Positions 8,658 to 17,442 of a DNA stretch of 64,000 bases are shown here, piece by piece. The stretch is from positions 3,586 to 67,585 of the forward strand of contig JAZRGD010000117.1 of NCBI GenBank assembly GCA_045644045.1, written 5' to 3'. The notes under the pieces were generated by a model. It had not been told where the DNA came from. It saw only the letters and a list, made by a program, of their open reading frames with translations, and ran no database searches. Numbering within the stretch: the first letter of the stretch is position 1; the number at the start of each line of letters is the position of its first letter. This DNA is from Eubacteriales bacterium. GTDB taxonomy: Bacteria; Bacillota; Clostridia; Oscillospirales; CAG-272. Position numbers and translations under genes: made by a program.

Positions 8658-9866
8658 ATGAACGTACTTATTGTAAACGCAGGCTCCAGCTCTCTCAAAT
8701 ATCAGCTCTTTGACACGGTCGCGAAAAGCGCGTCGGCAAAGGGTACCTGTGAGCGCATCGGAGACAAAAACGGAAGGATCGAGCACAAGGTAGCGGGCAA
8801 AGAGCCTTACGAGCTCATGATCGATATGCCCAACCATGAGGAGGCCATTCGCAACGTGATCCGCCTTTTGGTGGACGGCGAGCACGGCTGTATCGCTTCT
8901 ATGAGCGAGATCGGTGCTGTCGGTCATCGCGTGGTACACGGCGGTCCTTATTTCAACAGCTCGGTGCTTGCTACCGAGGAGGTGCTTGAAAAGGTGGAGA
9001 TGTGTCGAGATCTTGCTCCTCTCCACATTGGCCCCAGTCTGATCGGCATTCATGCTTGCATGGACGTGATGAAGGATGTGCCACAGGTTTTGGTGTTTGA
9101 TACCGCCTTCCATTCCACCATGCCGGAGGAGGCTTATCTTTACCCCATTCCCTACGAGTATTATGAGAAGTATCACGTGCGTCGCTACGGCTTCCACGGA
9201 TCCTCTCACAGATACGTTTCCCGTGAAATGATCAAGATCCTTGGCAAGCCCGCCGAGGAGACCAAGATCATTACCTGCCACCTCGGCAACGGCTCGTCCA
9301 TCGCGGCTGTGAAGGGTGGCAAGGTCATTGATACCACCATGGGCTTCACGCCTCTTGAGGGCTTGGTTATGGGCACGCGCTCGGGCTCTATCGATCCCGC
9401 GATCGTTACCTTCCTGATGGAGAAGGAGGGGCTGACCCCTGCCGAAATGAATAACATTCTCAATAAGAAGAGCGGGCTTCTCGGCATATCCGGTAAGCAT
9501 TCCGATTTCCGCGACTGCCGTATTGCCATGGAGGAGGGCGATCCTCGCGCCGCCGCCGCCATCAAGGTGCTTGCCTATCAGGTGAGAAAGTATATCGGCT
9601 CTTATGCCGCCGCAATGGGTGGTCTTGATGCGATTGTCTTTACTGCGGGCATTGGCGAGAACAATAACCTCATTCGCTCTGTCTCCTGTTGCGACCTTGA
9701 GTACATGGGCGTTGAATTTGACGACGCGGCAAACGATGCCATCCGTCGTCCGCTTTCCACCACCTGTATCTCCAAGCCTACCTCCAAGGTCAAGGTCTAT
9801 ATGATCCCCACCAACGAGGAGCTGATCATTGCCGAGGATACCGAGGCCGTGGTTTCCGCTCTGTAA
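8658..9866 (+). CDS. ackA: acetate kinase
   Basis: 402 aa. MNVLIVNAGSSSLKYQLFD N-terminus and the internal motifs HRVVHGG, YGFHGSSH and TCHLGNGSS. GGAGGAG RBS. Confidence 0.95.
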   Translation: MNVLIVNAGSSSLKYQLFDTVAKSASAKGTCERIGDKNGRIEHKVAGKEPYELMIDMPNHEEAIRNVIRLLVDGEHGCIASMSEIGAVGHRVVHGGPYFNSSVLATEEVLEKVEMCRDLAPLHIGPSLIGIHACMDVMKDVPQVLVFDTAFHSTMPEEAYLYPIPYEYYEKYHVRRYGFHGSSHRYVSREMIKILGKPAEETKIITCHLGNGSSIAAVKGGKVIDTTMGFTPLEGLVMGTRSGSIDPAIVTFLMEKEGLTPAEMNNILNKKSGLLGISGKHSDFRDCRIAMEEGDPRAAAAIKVLAYQVRKYIGSYAAAMGGLDAIVFTAGIGENNNLIRSVSCCDLEYMGVEFDDAANDAIRRPLSTTCISKPTSKVKVYMIPTNEELIIAEDTEAVVSAL

Positions 9867-9872
9867 TGATAC

Positions 9873-9903
9873 GCCCCGAACGAAATGCTCGTTCGGGGCA
9901 TTT
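9873..9903. terminator. intrinsic terminator after ackA (shared with the convergent ATPase gene)
   Basis: GCCCCGAACG-loop-CGTTCGGGGC hairpin followed by ATTT. Confidence 0.7.
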
Positions 9904-9967
9904 CTATTACCGTATTATAACACTTTTTCATCCTTTTGTCAATGCAAAAGGCGTTTTTTCTTATATT

Positions 9968-11017
9968 TTAAGAAAGGCCGAGGGCGGCAAGGACACAAGA
10001 CTCCCATTTCTCGCTCTGCTTTCGCATTTTTTCAAAGTCCATTGCCGAAGAAAAGACGCGCTCGAGGGCAAAGTGATTTTCCTTTACCGTGCGCAAGGCA
10101 TCCTCCGCCTCGCCCGTTAGCCTCTTTTCCTCCTTGGCGATTTGCTTGAGAAAGCGACGGTCAAGCATTTCCTCCTCATAGGCGGAAAGATGAAGACCGC
10201 GCCCTTTTGCGTCCTCGCTTAAAAGCGATTCCTTGCAAAGAAGAATGCCTGTGGCGGGGAAGTAGATGCCGTCCGCGCGTTGCGCGTCCAAAGGCGAGCG
10301 GAGGAGAAGATGTTCTGTATGCTCTTGGCTCAAAATAGAAGCAAAAACGGAAAGATATACCTCGGCAGAATAATGATTTCCGCGCAAAGGAATCAATTTT
10401 CTTACCTCATCCATCCCGTTCGGCGCCACCCGCTCCCCTTGCATGGCGAAGCACCGTAAAAGCCGCTCCGTCCGTTCGCCCTTGCGAGAGAGCGTTGGGA
10501 GACGCCGCCTTATGGTCTCTGCGGCCTTTTCGTAATGAAACGCCTGTGCCGCCGTGGCATAGCCCTCCGTATGAAGCGCGCCCGCCGCAGAAAGAAACGC
10601 GTATGCCCGTCTGTACGCCCGGGCTTTCTCGACGGAGGTCTTTTCGATCGTCGCCTTTTGCGCCTCCAAGGGGCCGAGAGACCAGAATTCACCGAGATTC
10701 CAGATCTCTTCGGTGACCGCCGGCGCTGTCACCGTTCTTGCGTGTGGTGGCGTACCGTCAAGGATCCCCACTCTTTTTTTGCCCTTGCTCAGTATCACCC
10801 CATCCAAGGAATGAACGTCAGAAGAGCAGTAAAAGTATTCCGCCGTGCCACCAAGCCCCTCGACGGTGGCGGCGACGCGGCGCATCAAGGTGCTTTTTCC
10901 CGTTCCGGGGCCACCGAGGATCACGAAGATCTTGTCAAACACCGCATTGTCGAACACACAGTCGTAAAGACTGATAAAACCGTTTCTGCTGTTGGCGCTG
11001 ATAAAAAAATTGCGCAT
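9968..11017 (-). CDS. P-loop NTPase of unknown function
   Basis: Walker A ILGGPGTGKST and a Walker-B-like VGILDG. The rest is helical with no recognised domain. Start placed at the ATG (11017) that sits 6-7 nt after GGGGAGG. The ORF-track ATG at 11047 has no spacing to its putative RBS. Confidence 0.6.
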   Translation of the reverse strand: MRNFFISANSRNGFISLYDCVFDNAVFDKIFVILGGPGTGKSTLMRRVAATVEGLGGTAEYFYCSSDVHSLDGVILSKGKKRVGILDGTPPHARTVTAPAVTEEIWNLGEFWSLGPLEAQKATIEKTSVEKARAYRRAYAFLSAAGALHTEGYATAAQAFHYEKAAETIRRRLPTLSRKGERTERLLRCFAMQGERVAPNGMDEVRKLIPLRGNHYSAEVYLSVFASILSQEHTEHLLLRSPLDAQRADGIYFPATGILLCKESLLSEDAKGRGLHLSAYEEEMLDRRFLKQIAKEEKRLTGEAEDALRTVKENHFALERVFSSAMDFEKMRKQSEKWESCVLAALGLS

Positions 11018-11115
11018 ATATGCCTCCCCATCAGGTTTTGGTTTCATTCCTTATGTATGCTATGTCCGAACGGATAAAAGTGTGAAAAAAGGTGCTTTTG
11101 GCGTCGCGGAAGCCC

Positions 11116-11144
11116 TTGACTTTTCTTCCAAAATTATATATAAT
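11116..11144 (+). promoter_or_regulatory. sigma-A type promoter for the GH32-like gene
   Basis: TTGACT (11116-11121), 17-nt spacer, TATAAT (11139-11144). Confidence 0.6.
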
Positions 11145-11182
11145 ATATCTTATAGTAAATCACTGTCACAGGAGATGGCTCT

Positions 11183-13201
11183 ATGCTGGTGAGAAGGATA
11201 CCGTTTTTTGATACGGCCGCGCGTGGTGCTACGGCACTTACCGATACCTCTTTTTTAAACGAGGGGGCATTTTGTCTTTCTCCCATTTCCTTTCCAAAGG
11301 AGAAAAAGGAGGGACTCCTTTTGTCCGTAGGCGATGCGCTCACCCTTTCCTTCGTCCACCGACGCAAGACGGATGAGGATGAGATCGCGGCCATTTTGCG
11401 CAAGGATAATTGCTTTTACGACCGGGATGAGGTCTGGGCGATCCTTCTTTCCGTGACCATGCGCAAGCGGATCGAGGAGGAGAGTGCCGTCTTTTATATG
11501 GCGCTCCCCATTTGCGACTACGCGCCCGAGGATGCGGCTCTTGCTCTTTATTACGACGGCGTCTTCCTCCGCTTTTTGGTAAACGGAGTGGGACTTAACG
11601 ACCACGCTACGGGCTGTGATCTTTTCGTCCCAAAAAACGATAAGATCTTTGTTTCCGATGACCTTGACGGGCTCCTTTTACGAAAAGGTGTGCTTCCTAT
11701 GACTTATCGTGAAATTCGGGAAGAGGGAAGCATTGATTTCTATATGCCCTACGGTCCCTTTGCTTTTGCGGGTGACGTGATGAATTTTTATCACGACGGC
11801 ACCTATCACCTGATGTATCTCTTTGACCGCCGTCACCACGGATCGGGAAACGGAAGAGGTGCTCACTTTATCGCCCACCTTACCACAACGGATTTTAAAG
11901 CCTTTTACGAGCAGGAGCCCATCGTAAGCCTGGAGGCTCCCTACGAGTCCTACGGTACGGGAACGATGCTGTTCCACAATGGGAAATACTATATGTCCTA
12001 CGGCTTACATTCCGAGCGCTATTCCGAAGCTCTGTGTGGTCTCACTCCCCTGACCGAGGACGGAATGCGTTATTGCATACGCGACGTGGAGGAGGTGCTT
12101 GCCGAGGGACTTCTGCCCGCAGGTGCCACCTATTCCGTCAGCGACGACGGGATACGGTTTCGGAGGGGCGGTAAGCTGTTCCACGTCAGCCGCAATCCCA
12201 GCGCATATGCGGAAAAGGACGGAACGATCTCTCTTTATGCGGGCTACGGTGGGTCGATCCTCCACGGTGCCGCCGCCCTGTTTCGCGGCACCTCCTTCGA
12301 CGCGCCCTTCATCTTTGAGAAGAAGGATATGCCTCCTGCTTGCACCTTGCCTACGCGTCCCACCACCGAATGTCCCTCGATCTTCATAAGAAACGGCTAT
12401 CGGTATATGATCTACGGCTTCACGGGGTACAGACGGAGCTTAACACCCGACACGGAAGAAATGGTGGATGCCTATCCCTTGGGAGAAGAGATCTATGAGG
12501 GGCTTGGCGTGCCAATGGTTTGTGAAATGAACGGCCGTCATATCATGGCCGGTTGGCCGAAAAACGCGGGTTGGGCTGCCATGATCATACACCGTGAGCT
12601 GATCGATGAGGAAAACGGCCGCCTTGGTATGAAATGGATGCCGGAGCTTGTTCCAGAGGTGTGGGATGAAGTGCTTTTACCTGTGGAAGAAAATACGACT
12701 CGGAGCGATTTGGACACTACCGAAAATTATTTGTTTTCTGCCACGGTTTTTCCCTCTGATAATGGGATCGTAGTGTTGAAATTCTTGGATGATGCCAACG
12801 AGGGATGCGAATGGCGATTGGACGTCGCCACCGCTTCCGCGCAATTTGCCGATGCGTGTGAGGGGCTTGCACCCGTCGTTCCGTCTATGCGTGCCCTCCT
12901 TGAGGAGGCAGATCCCGCCGTTTCTCTGTATTTTAAAACGGGCGTGGAGGACTTGCCCGTTTATTCCCGTAATTTTTCTATTTCTCATTTGCTGGGTCTT
13001 GAGGCGGCGTTTCCCCTTCGCGTCCTGCTGCGGTACAGCCGCAAGATGCAAGCCACTTATATTGACGTGGAGATCGGCGGCAGACGCACCATGCTCAGTG
13101 GAAGAAACGGATTAAGAGTTTCCCGTCTATTGACACAGGCAGACGGCGGTGCCGCGATCAAAAACGTTAAGCTCTCGCGCTTAAAGCACGGGGTGGAATA
13201 G
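11183..13201 (+). CDS. glycoside hydrolase family 32-like protein (N-terminal beta-sandwich, five-bladed propeller-like core, C-terminal beta-sandwich)
   Basis: 672 aa. FAGDVMNFYHDGTYHLMY resembles GH32 block A (WMNDPNG..YHLFY). SRNP sits at the RDP position and TECPSIF at the EC position, with GH32-like spacings (D198, N338, E396). AGGAGA RBS. Confidence 0.5.
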   Translation: MLVRRIPFFDTAARGATALTDTSFLNEGAFCLSPISFPKEKKEGLLLSVGDALTLSFVHRRKTDEDEIAAILRKDNCFYDRDEVWAILLSVTMRKRIEEESAVFYMALPICDYAPEDAALALYYDGVFLRFLVNGVGLNDHATGCDLFVPKNDKIFVSDDLDGLLLRKGVLPMTYREIREEGSIDFYMPYGPFAFAGDVMNFYHDGTYHLMYLFDRRHHGSGNGRGAHFIAHLTTTDFKAFYEQEPIVSLEAPYESYGTGTMLFHNGKYYMSYGLHSERYSEALCGLTPLTEDGMRYCIRDVEEVLAEGLLPAGATYSVSDDGIRFRRGGKLFHVSRNPSAYAEKDGTISLYAGYGGSILHGAAALFRGTSFDAPFIFEKKDMPPACTLPTRPTTECPSIFIRNGYRYMIYGFTGYRRSLTPDTEEMVDAYPLGEEIYEGLGVPMVCEMNGRHIMAGWPKNAGWAAMIIHRELIDEENGRLGMKWMPELVPEVWDEVLLPVEENTTRSDLDTTENYLFSATVFPSDNGIVVLKFLDDANEGCEWRLDVATASAQFADACEGLAPVVPSMRALLEEADPAVSLYFKTGVEDLPVYSRNFSISHLLGLEAAFPLRVLLRYSRKMQATYIDVEIGGRRTMLSGRNGLRVSRLLTQADGGAAIKNVKLSRLKHGVE

Positions 13202-13212
13202 AAAGGAATTCT

Positions 13213-13821
13213 ATGCTGGTTATTGGATTAACGGGTCCCAGTGGAAGCGGAAAGGGGCTGGTAGCGCGGTTTCTCGCCAAGGAAAGCATTCCAAGCCTTG
13301 ATACCGACGCGGTATACCACGAGCTGATCTCTCGCCCCTCCGCTTGCACCGAGGAATTGAAAGAGCATTTTGGTGATACAATACTGGAGGAGAGTGGCGG
13401 CGTGGATCGACAGCGCTTGGCAAGCCTTGTGTTCGGGGACGAGACCGAAAAAAAGGAAAGCCTGCTTTTGTTGAATCGCATCACTCACCGATACGTGCTG
13501 GAGGCATGCCGTCATTGGTTAAGCACGCAGGAAAAGGAAGGGAAGCGCGCGGCAGTGATCGACGCTCCGCTTCTTTACGAATCGGGCTTCGACAGAGAAT
13601 GCGATCTTGTGATCGCCGTTATTGCCTCACGCCAGACGCGCTTAGCGCGCATCATGCTGCGCGACGGCCTCACGAGTGAGGCGGCCGAGAGACGGTTATC
13701 CTCACAGCCAAGAGATGAGTTTTATACAGAAAAGGCGGATTTTGTGATCCGTAACGATGACGAGCCGCAGGCGGTTGGCCGTGCGGTGTGTAATATTGTG
13801 CGTCAGCTTCCCATTGCGTGA
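13213..13821 (+). CDS. coaE: dephospho-CoA kinase
   Basis: 202 aa. MLVIGLTGPSGSGKG P-loop at the N-terminus and typical CoaE length. Confidence 0.9.
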   Translation: MLVIGLTGPSGSGKGLVARFLAKESIPSLDTDAVYHELISRPSACTEELKEHFGDTILEESGGVDRQRLASLVFGDETEKKESLLLLNRITHRYVLEACRHWLSTQEKEGKRAAVIDAPLLYESGFDRECDLVIAVIASRQTRLARIMLRDGLTSEAAERRLSSQPRDEFYTEKADFVIRNDDEPQAVGRAVCNIVRQLPIA

Positions 13822-13834
13822 CGCGGAAAGAGGT

Positions 13835-15247
13835 ATGAAAATGTGTGAAAAAACCAAGGGACAAGCTCTGGCAGAAGAGCTTTCTTACAAAAAGGAGTCT
13901 TATTTTGAGACGGCAGATGAGGCTACCTTGGAAAAAATGTTTGATTACGCCCGTGGATATATGCGCTTCCTTGATGAGGCAAAAACGGAAAGAGAAGCGG
14001 TTGCCTTCGGCGTACGTGCCGCCAAAGAAAAGGGATATACCCCGTACCGCTTTGGAGAAAAGCTGTCGGCGGGTGACGTTCGCTACTACGACAACCGTGG
14101 AAAGAATCTTTTCCTCATCCGTAAGGGGAGCAAGCCCTTGGATCAAAGCGGCGTGCGTATTCTCGTCTCCCACATCGACTCGCCCCGCATTGACTTAAAG
14201 CAGAATCCTCTGTACGAGGATGGCAATATGGCCTTCTTTAAGACCCATTACTACGGCGGCATTCGCAAATATCAATGGTTGACCCTGCCTTTGGCCCTTC
14301 ATGGCGTGGTGGTAAAGGGAGACGGCGAAGTTGTTTCCTTTACAGTGGGCGAAAAGGAAGAGGATCCCATCTTCTATATCACCGATCTCTTGCCCCATCT
14401 GGCACAGGATCAAAACCAAAGGCCTTTGGGCTCCGCCATTCCCGGCGAGTCTCTCAATATTTTGGCGGGTGCTTTGCCTTACCGTGACGAGACGGTGACC
14501 GATAAGATCAAGCTGAACGTCCTTTCTATCCTGAACGAGCGGTACGGCTTGACCGAGGAGGATTTCCTTTCCGCCGAGATCTGCGCCGTGCCCGCCCTTC
14601 GCGCGCGCGACGTGGGCTTTGACCGCGCTCTCATCGGCGCATACGGTCACGATGACCGAGTTTGCGCTTACCCGATGCTGACCGCCATTTTGGAGGAGGA
14701 GACGAGTGAGCAGACCGTCATCGTGATCCTTGCCGATAAGGAAGAGGTGGGAAGCGATGGAAATACGGGTATGCAATGCAGCCTGCTTTTCGATCTGATC
14801 GAGGATATGGCGAAGTGCGACGGGCTTTCGGGTGCTGCCGTACGCGCCGCTTCAAAGTGCATCTCTGCCGACGTAACGGCGGCTTATGACCCCAATTACG
14901 CCGAGGTCTATGAAAAGAGAAACTCCGCCATCCTCTCTGCGGGAGCGGCCATGTCCAAATACACGGGTGTCAGAGGCAAGGCCTCCAGCAATGACGCCTC
15001 TGCCGAGTTTGTTGGCTTTATTCGCCGCATTTTCGCCAAGGGTGAGGTAGTATGGCAATCCTCCGAGATCGGCAAGGTGGACGCAGGCGGCGGCGGAATG
15101 GTATCAAAATACGTGGCCAATATGAACGTCGATACGGTGGACGTGGGTGTGGGTGTTCTTTCCGTGCATGCCCCCTACGAGCTGGTTTCCAAGGCCGACT
15201 TGTATGCGCTCTATCGCGCCTGTGTCGCCTTTTGCCGTTACGAATAA
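13835..15247 (+). CDS. M18-family aminopeptidase
   Basis: About 470 aa. VSHIDSPR, HYYGGI and GHDDRVCAY motifs typical of M18 aminopeptidases. Start at the ATG after GGAAAGAGG. The upstream extension from 13757 overlaps coaE and is rejected. Confidence 0.8.
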   Translation: MKMCEKTKGQALAEELSYKKESYFETADEATLEKMFDYARGYMRFLDEAKTEREAVAFGVRAAKEKGYTPYRFGEKLSAGDVRYYDNRGKNLFLIRKGSKPLDQSGVRILVSHIDSPRIDLKQNPLYEDGNMAFFKTHYYGGIRKYQWLTLPLALHGVVVKGDGEVVSFTVGEKEEDPIFYITDLLPHLAQDQNQRPLGSAIPGESLNILAGALPYRDETVTDKIKLNVLSILNERYGLTEEDFLSAEICAVPALRARDVGFDRALIGAYGHDDRVCAYPMLTAILEEETSEQTVIVILADKEEVGSDGNTGMQCSLLFDLIEDMAKCDGLSGAAVRAASKCISADVTAAYDPNYAEVYEKRNSAILSAGAAMSKYTGVRGKASSNDASAEFVGFIRRIFAKGEVVWQSSEIGKVDAGGGGMVSKYVANMNVDTVDVGVGVLSVHAPYELVSKADLYALYRACVAFCRYE

Positions 15248-15259
15248 CGGAGACGGAAC

Positions 15260-16345
15260 GTGCTTACACAGTTTAAAAGGATAGAGGAACGGTTTTTGCA
15301 GCTTGAGGCGTTGCTGTCGGACCCCTCCGTGGTGTCGGATGGGGAACGGTACGGTAAGCTTTTGAAGGAATACGCCGCTCATACTCCCATGGTTACCGCT
15401 TACCGTGATTATTTGTCATTGCGCGAGGAGCTGTGTGCCACGAGAGAGCTGTGCGCCGATGTGGGCTTGGAGCCCGAGCTGCGCGCCCTGGCACTTACAG
15501 AGGTCGCGGAGCTGGAAGAAAGGGAGCGGATGGCGATAAACGCCATGGAGATCTTGCTTCTTCCCAAGGATGAAAACGCGGATCGCGACGTGATCGTGGA
15601 GATCCGTGGATGCGCGGGCGGTGAGGAGGCGGCACTTTTTGCGGCCGTTCTTTACCGTATGTATACCATGTACGCCGCGGCGAACGGCTTTCGCGTAGAG
15701 CTGTTATCCTGTAATGAGACCGAGCTTGGCGGCTTCAAGGAGATCGATTTTCAGATCTCCGGGACAGGTGCCTTCTCTCGCTTCAAATACGAGAGCGGCG
15801 TGCATCGTGTGCAAAGAGTGCCCCAAACCGAGTCCCAGGGAAGGATACAGACCTCTACCGCCACGGTGGCGGTGCTTCCCGTGGTGGAGGACGTTGATGT
15901 TTCTATCGATCCCGCCGACGTAGTGATGGAGACCTGCAAATCCAGCGGTGCGGGCGGACAGCACGTCAACAAGACCGAGTCCGCCGTTCGACTCATCCAT
16001 AAGCCCACGGGAATCGTTGTGGAGTGCCAGGAGGAGCGAAGCCAATACAAAAATCGTGACAAGGCTATGAAGATGCTCCGTGCCCGTCTTTACGACATTA
16101 AGGCGAGAGAGCAGCACGAGCAGATCGCCTCGGCCAGACGCACGCAGGTGGGAACGGGTGACCGCTCTGAGCGTGTTCGTACCTATAATTATCCCCAAGG
16201 AAGAGTAACGGATCATCGCATCGGTATGACGTTGCACACCTTGGACCGCTTTTTGAACGGAGATATAGAGGAGCTGTTAGATGCTCTTTATAAAGCAGAG
16301 GTGACGGCTGCGCTGGCAGAGCAAAAAAACAGCCTTGACCTTTGA
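15260..16345 (+). CDS. prfA: peptide chain release factor 1
   Basis: 361 aa with a GTG start. [25 protein letters not shown] (PxT tripeptide region) and [16 protein letters not shown] (GGQ motif). Confidence 0.95.
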   Translation: MLTQFKRIEERFLQLEALLSDPSVVSDGERYGKLLKEYAAHTPMVTAYRDYLSLREELCATRELCADVGLEPELRALALTEVAELEERERMAINAMEILLLPKDENADRDVIVEIRGCAGGEEAALFAAVLYRMYTMYAAANGFRVELLSCNETELGGFKEIDFQISGTGAFSRFKYESGVHRVQRVPQTESQGRIQTSTATVAVLPVVEDVDVSIDPADVVMETCKSSGAGGQHVNKTESAVRLIHKPTGIVVECQEERSQYKNRDKAMKMLRARLYDIKAREQHEQIASARRTQVGTGDRSERVRTYNYPQGRVTDHRIGMTLHTLDRFLNGDIEELLDALYKAEVTAALAEQKNSLDL

Positions 16346-17442
16346 GACAGGAAGAAGGACAGTTGAAAACCGAGTATCAATATTTGAGTGATCCTACCTT
16401 GCCGAAGGATGGTGAAATAATAAAAAAAGCCGGACGTATCATCGCGAATGGCGGTCTTGTGGTCTTTCCTACCGAGACGGTATACGGTCTCGGGGCGAAT
16501 GCTTTGGATGCCACCGCCGCCGCTCGCATATACGCCGCAAAGGGACGCCCCTCCGATAACCCCCTTATCGTGCACATCGCGGAGCCGCACGAGGCGGACA
16601 CGATTGCCGTGACGGGAGAGCTCTATTACCGCCTTGCGCGTCATTTTATGCCCGGTCCCCTGACCGTGATCCTCCCTGTCAGAACCGTTATACCAAGGGA
16701 GGTTACAGCCGGACTTGATACCGTTGCCGTCAGGTGTCCCTCTCACCCCGTGGCGCGCGCGCTGATCACAGACGCAGGTGTTCCCATTGCCGCGCCCTCC
16801 GCCAATCTTTCGGGCTCACCGTCGCCTACCACAGGTGCGCACGTAAAGGATGATATGGATGGACGGGTGGATATGATTCTTGACGGCGGCCCCTGCGCCT
16901 TCGGTCTTGAATCCACCATCGTTAAGGTGGAGGAGGACGGTAGTCTGCTTTTGCTTCGCCCGGGTGCGGTGACCAAGGAGGATATTGAGGCGGCCACCGG
17001 CTTGACCGTTTCCGTTGCCGCGGCGGTGCTTGACCGCTTGGGAGAAGGGGAGCGTGTCCTGTCTCCCGGAATGAAATACCGTCATTACGCGCCCAAGGCA
17101 CCCCTGGTTCTTTTGAAAGGAACTGACAAAAACAGAAGAAAATTCCTGGCAGAGCAAAAGGGAAGGGTGGCTTACCTAGCTTACACCGAAGAGCTTTCCT
17201 CCCTTGCGAGCGCAGAACTGAAGTTGTATGATTTGGGACGAGAAGGAGACGAGGCTACGCAAGCCTGCCGACTTTTTCGCATTTTGAGAGAGGCGGACAA
17301 GGAGGATTTCGATTGCATTTATGCCCCCACGCCTTGCCCAAAGGGAGTCGGTATGGCGTTATACAACAGAATGATCCGCGCCGCCGCTCATCATATTATA
17401 GATCTTAGCGAAACGAAGAAAGGAACGACCGAAATTGGCTAA
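16342..17442 (+). CDS. L-threonylcarbamoyladenylate synthase (Sua5/YwlC type, with C-terminal Sua5 domain)
   Basis: [18 protein letters not shown] and [10 protein letters not shown] motifs. The start is uncertain: TTG at 16342 overlaps the prfA stop, and TTG at 16363 follows GAAGAAGGA. Confidence 0.85.
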   Translation: MRQEEGQLKTEYQYLSDPTLPKDGEIIKKAGRIIANGGLVVFPTETVYGLGANALDATAAARIYAAKGRPSDNPLIVHIAEPHEADTIAVTGELYYRLARHFMPGPLTVILPVRTVIPREVTAGLDTVAVRCPSHPVARALITDAGVPIAAPSANLSGSPSPTTGAHVKDDMDGRVDMILDGGPCAFGLESTIVKVEEDGSLLLLRPGAVTKEDIEAATGLTVSVAAAVLDRLGEGERVLSPGMKYRHYAPKAPLVLLKGTDKNRRKFLAEQKGRVAYLAYTEELSSLASAELKLYDLGREGDEATQACRLFRILREADKEDFDCIYAPTPCPKGVGMALYNRMIRAAAHHIIDLSETKKGTTEIG

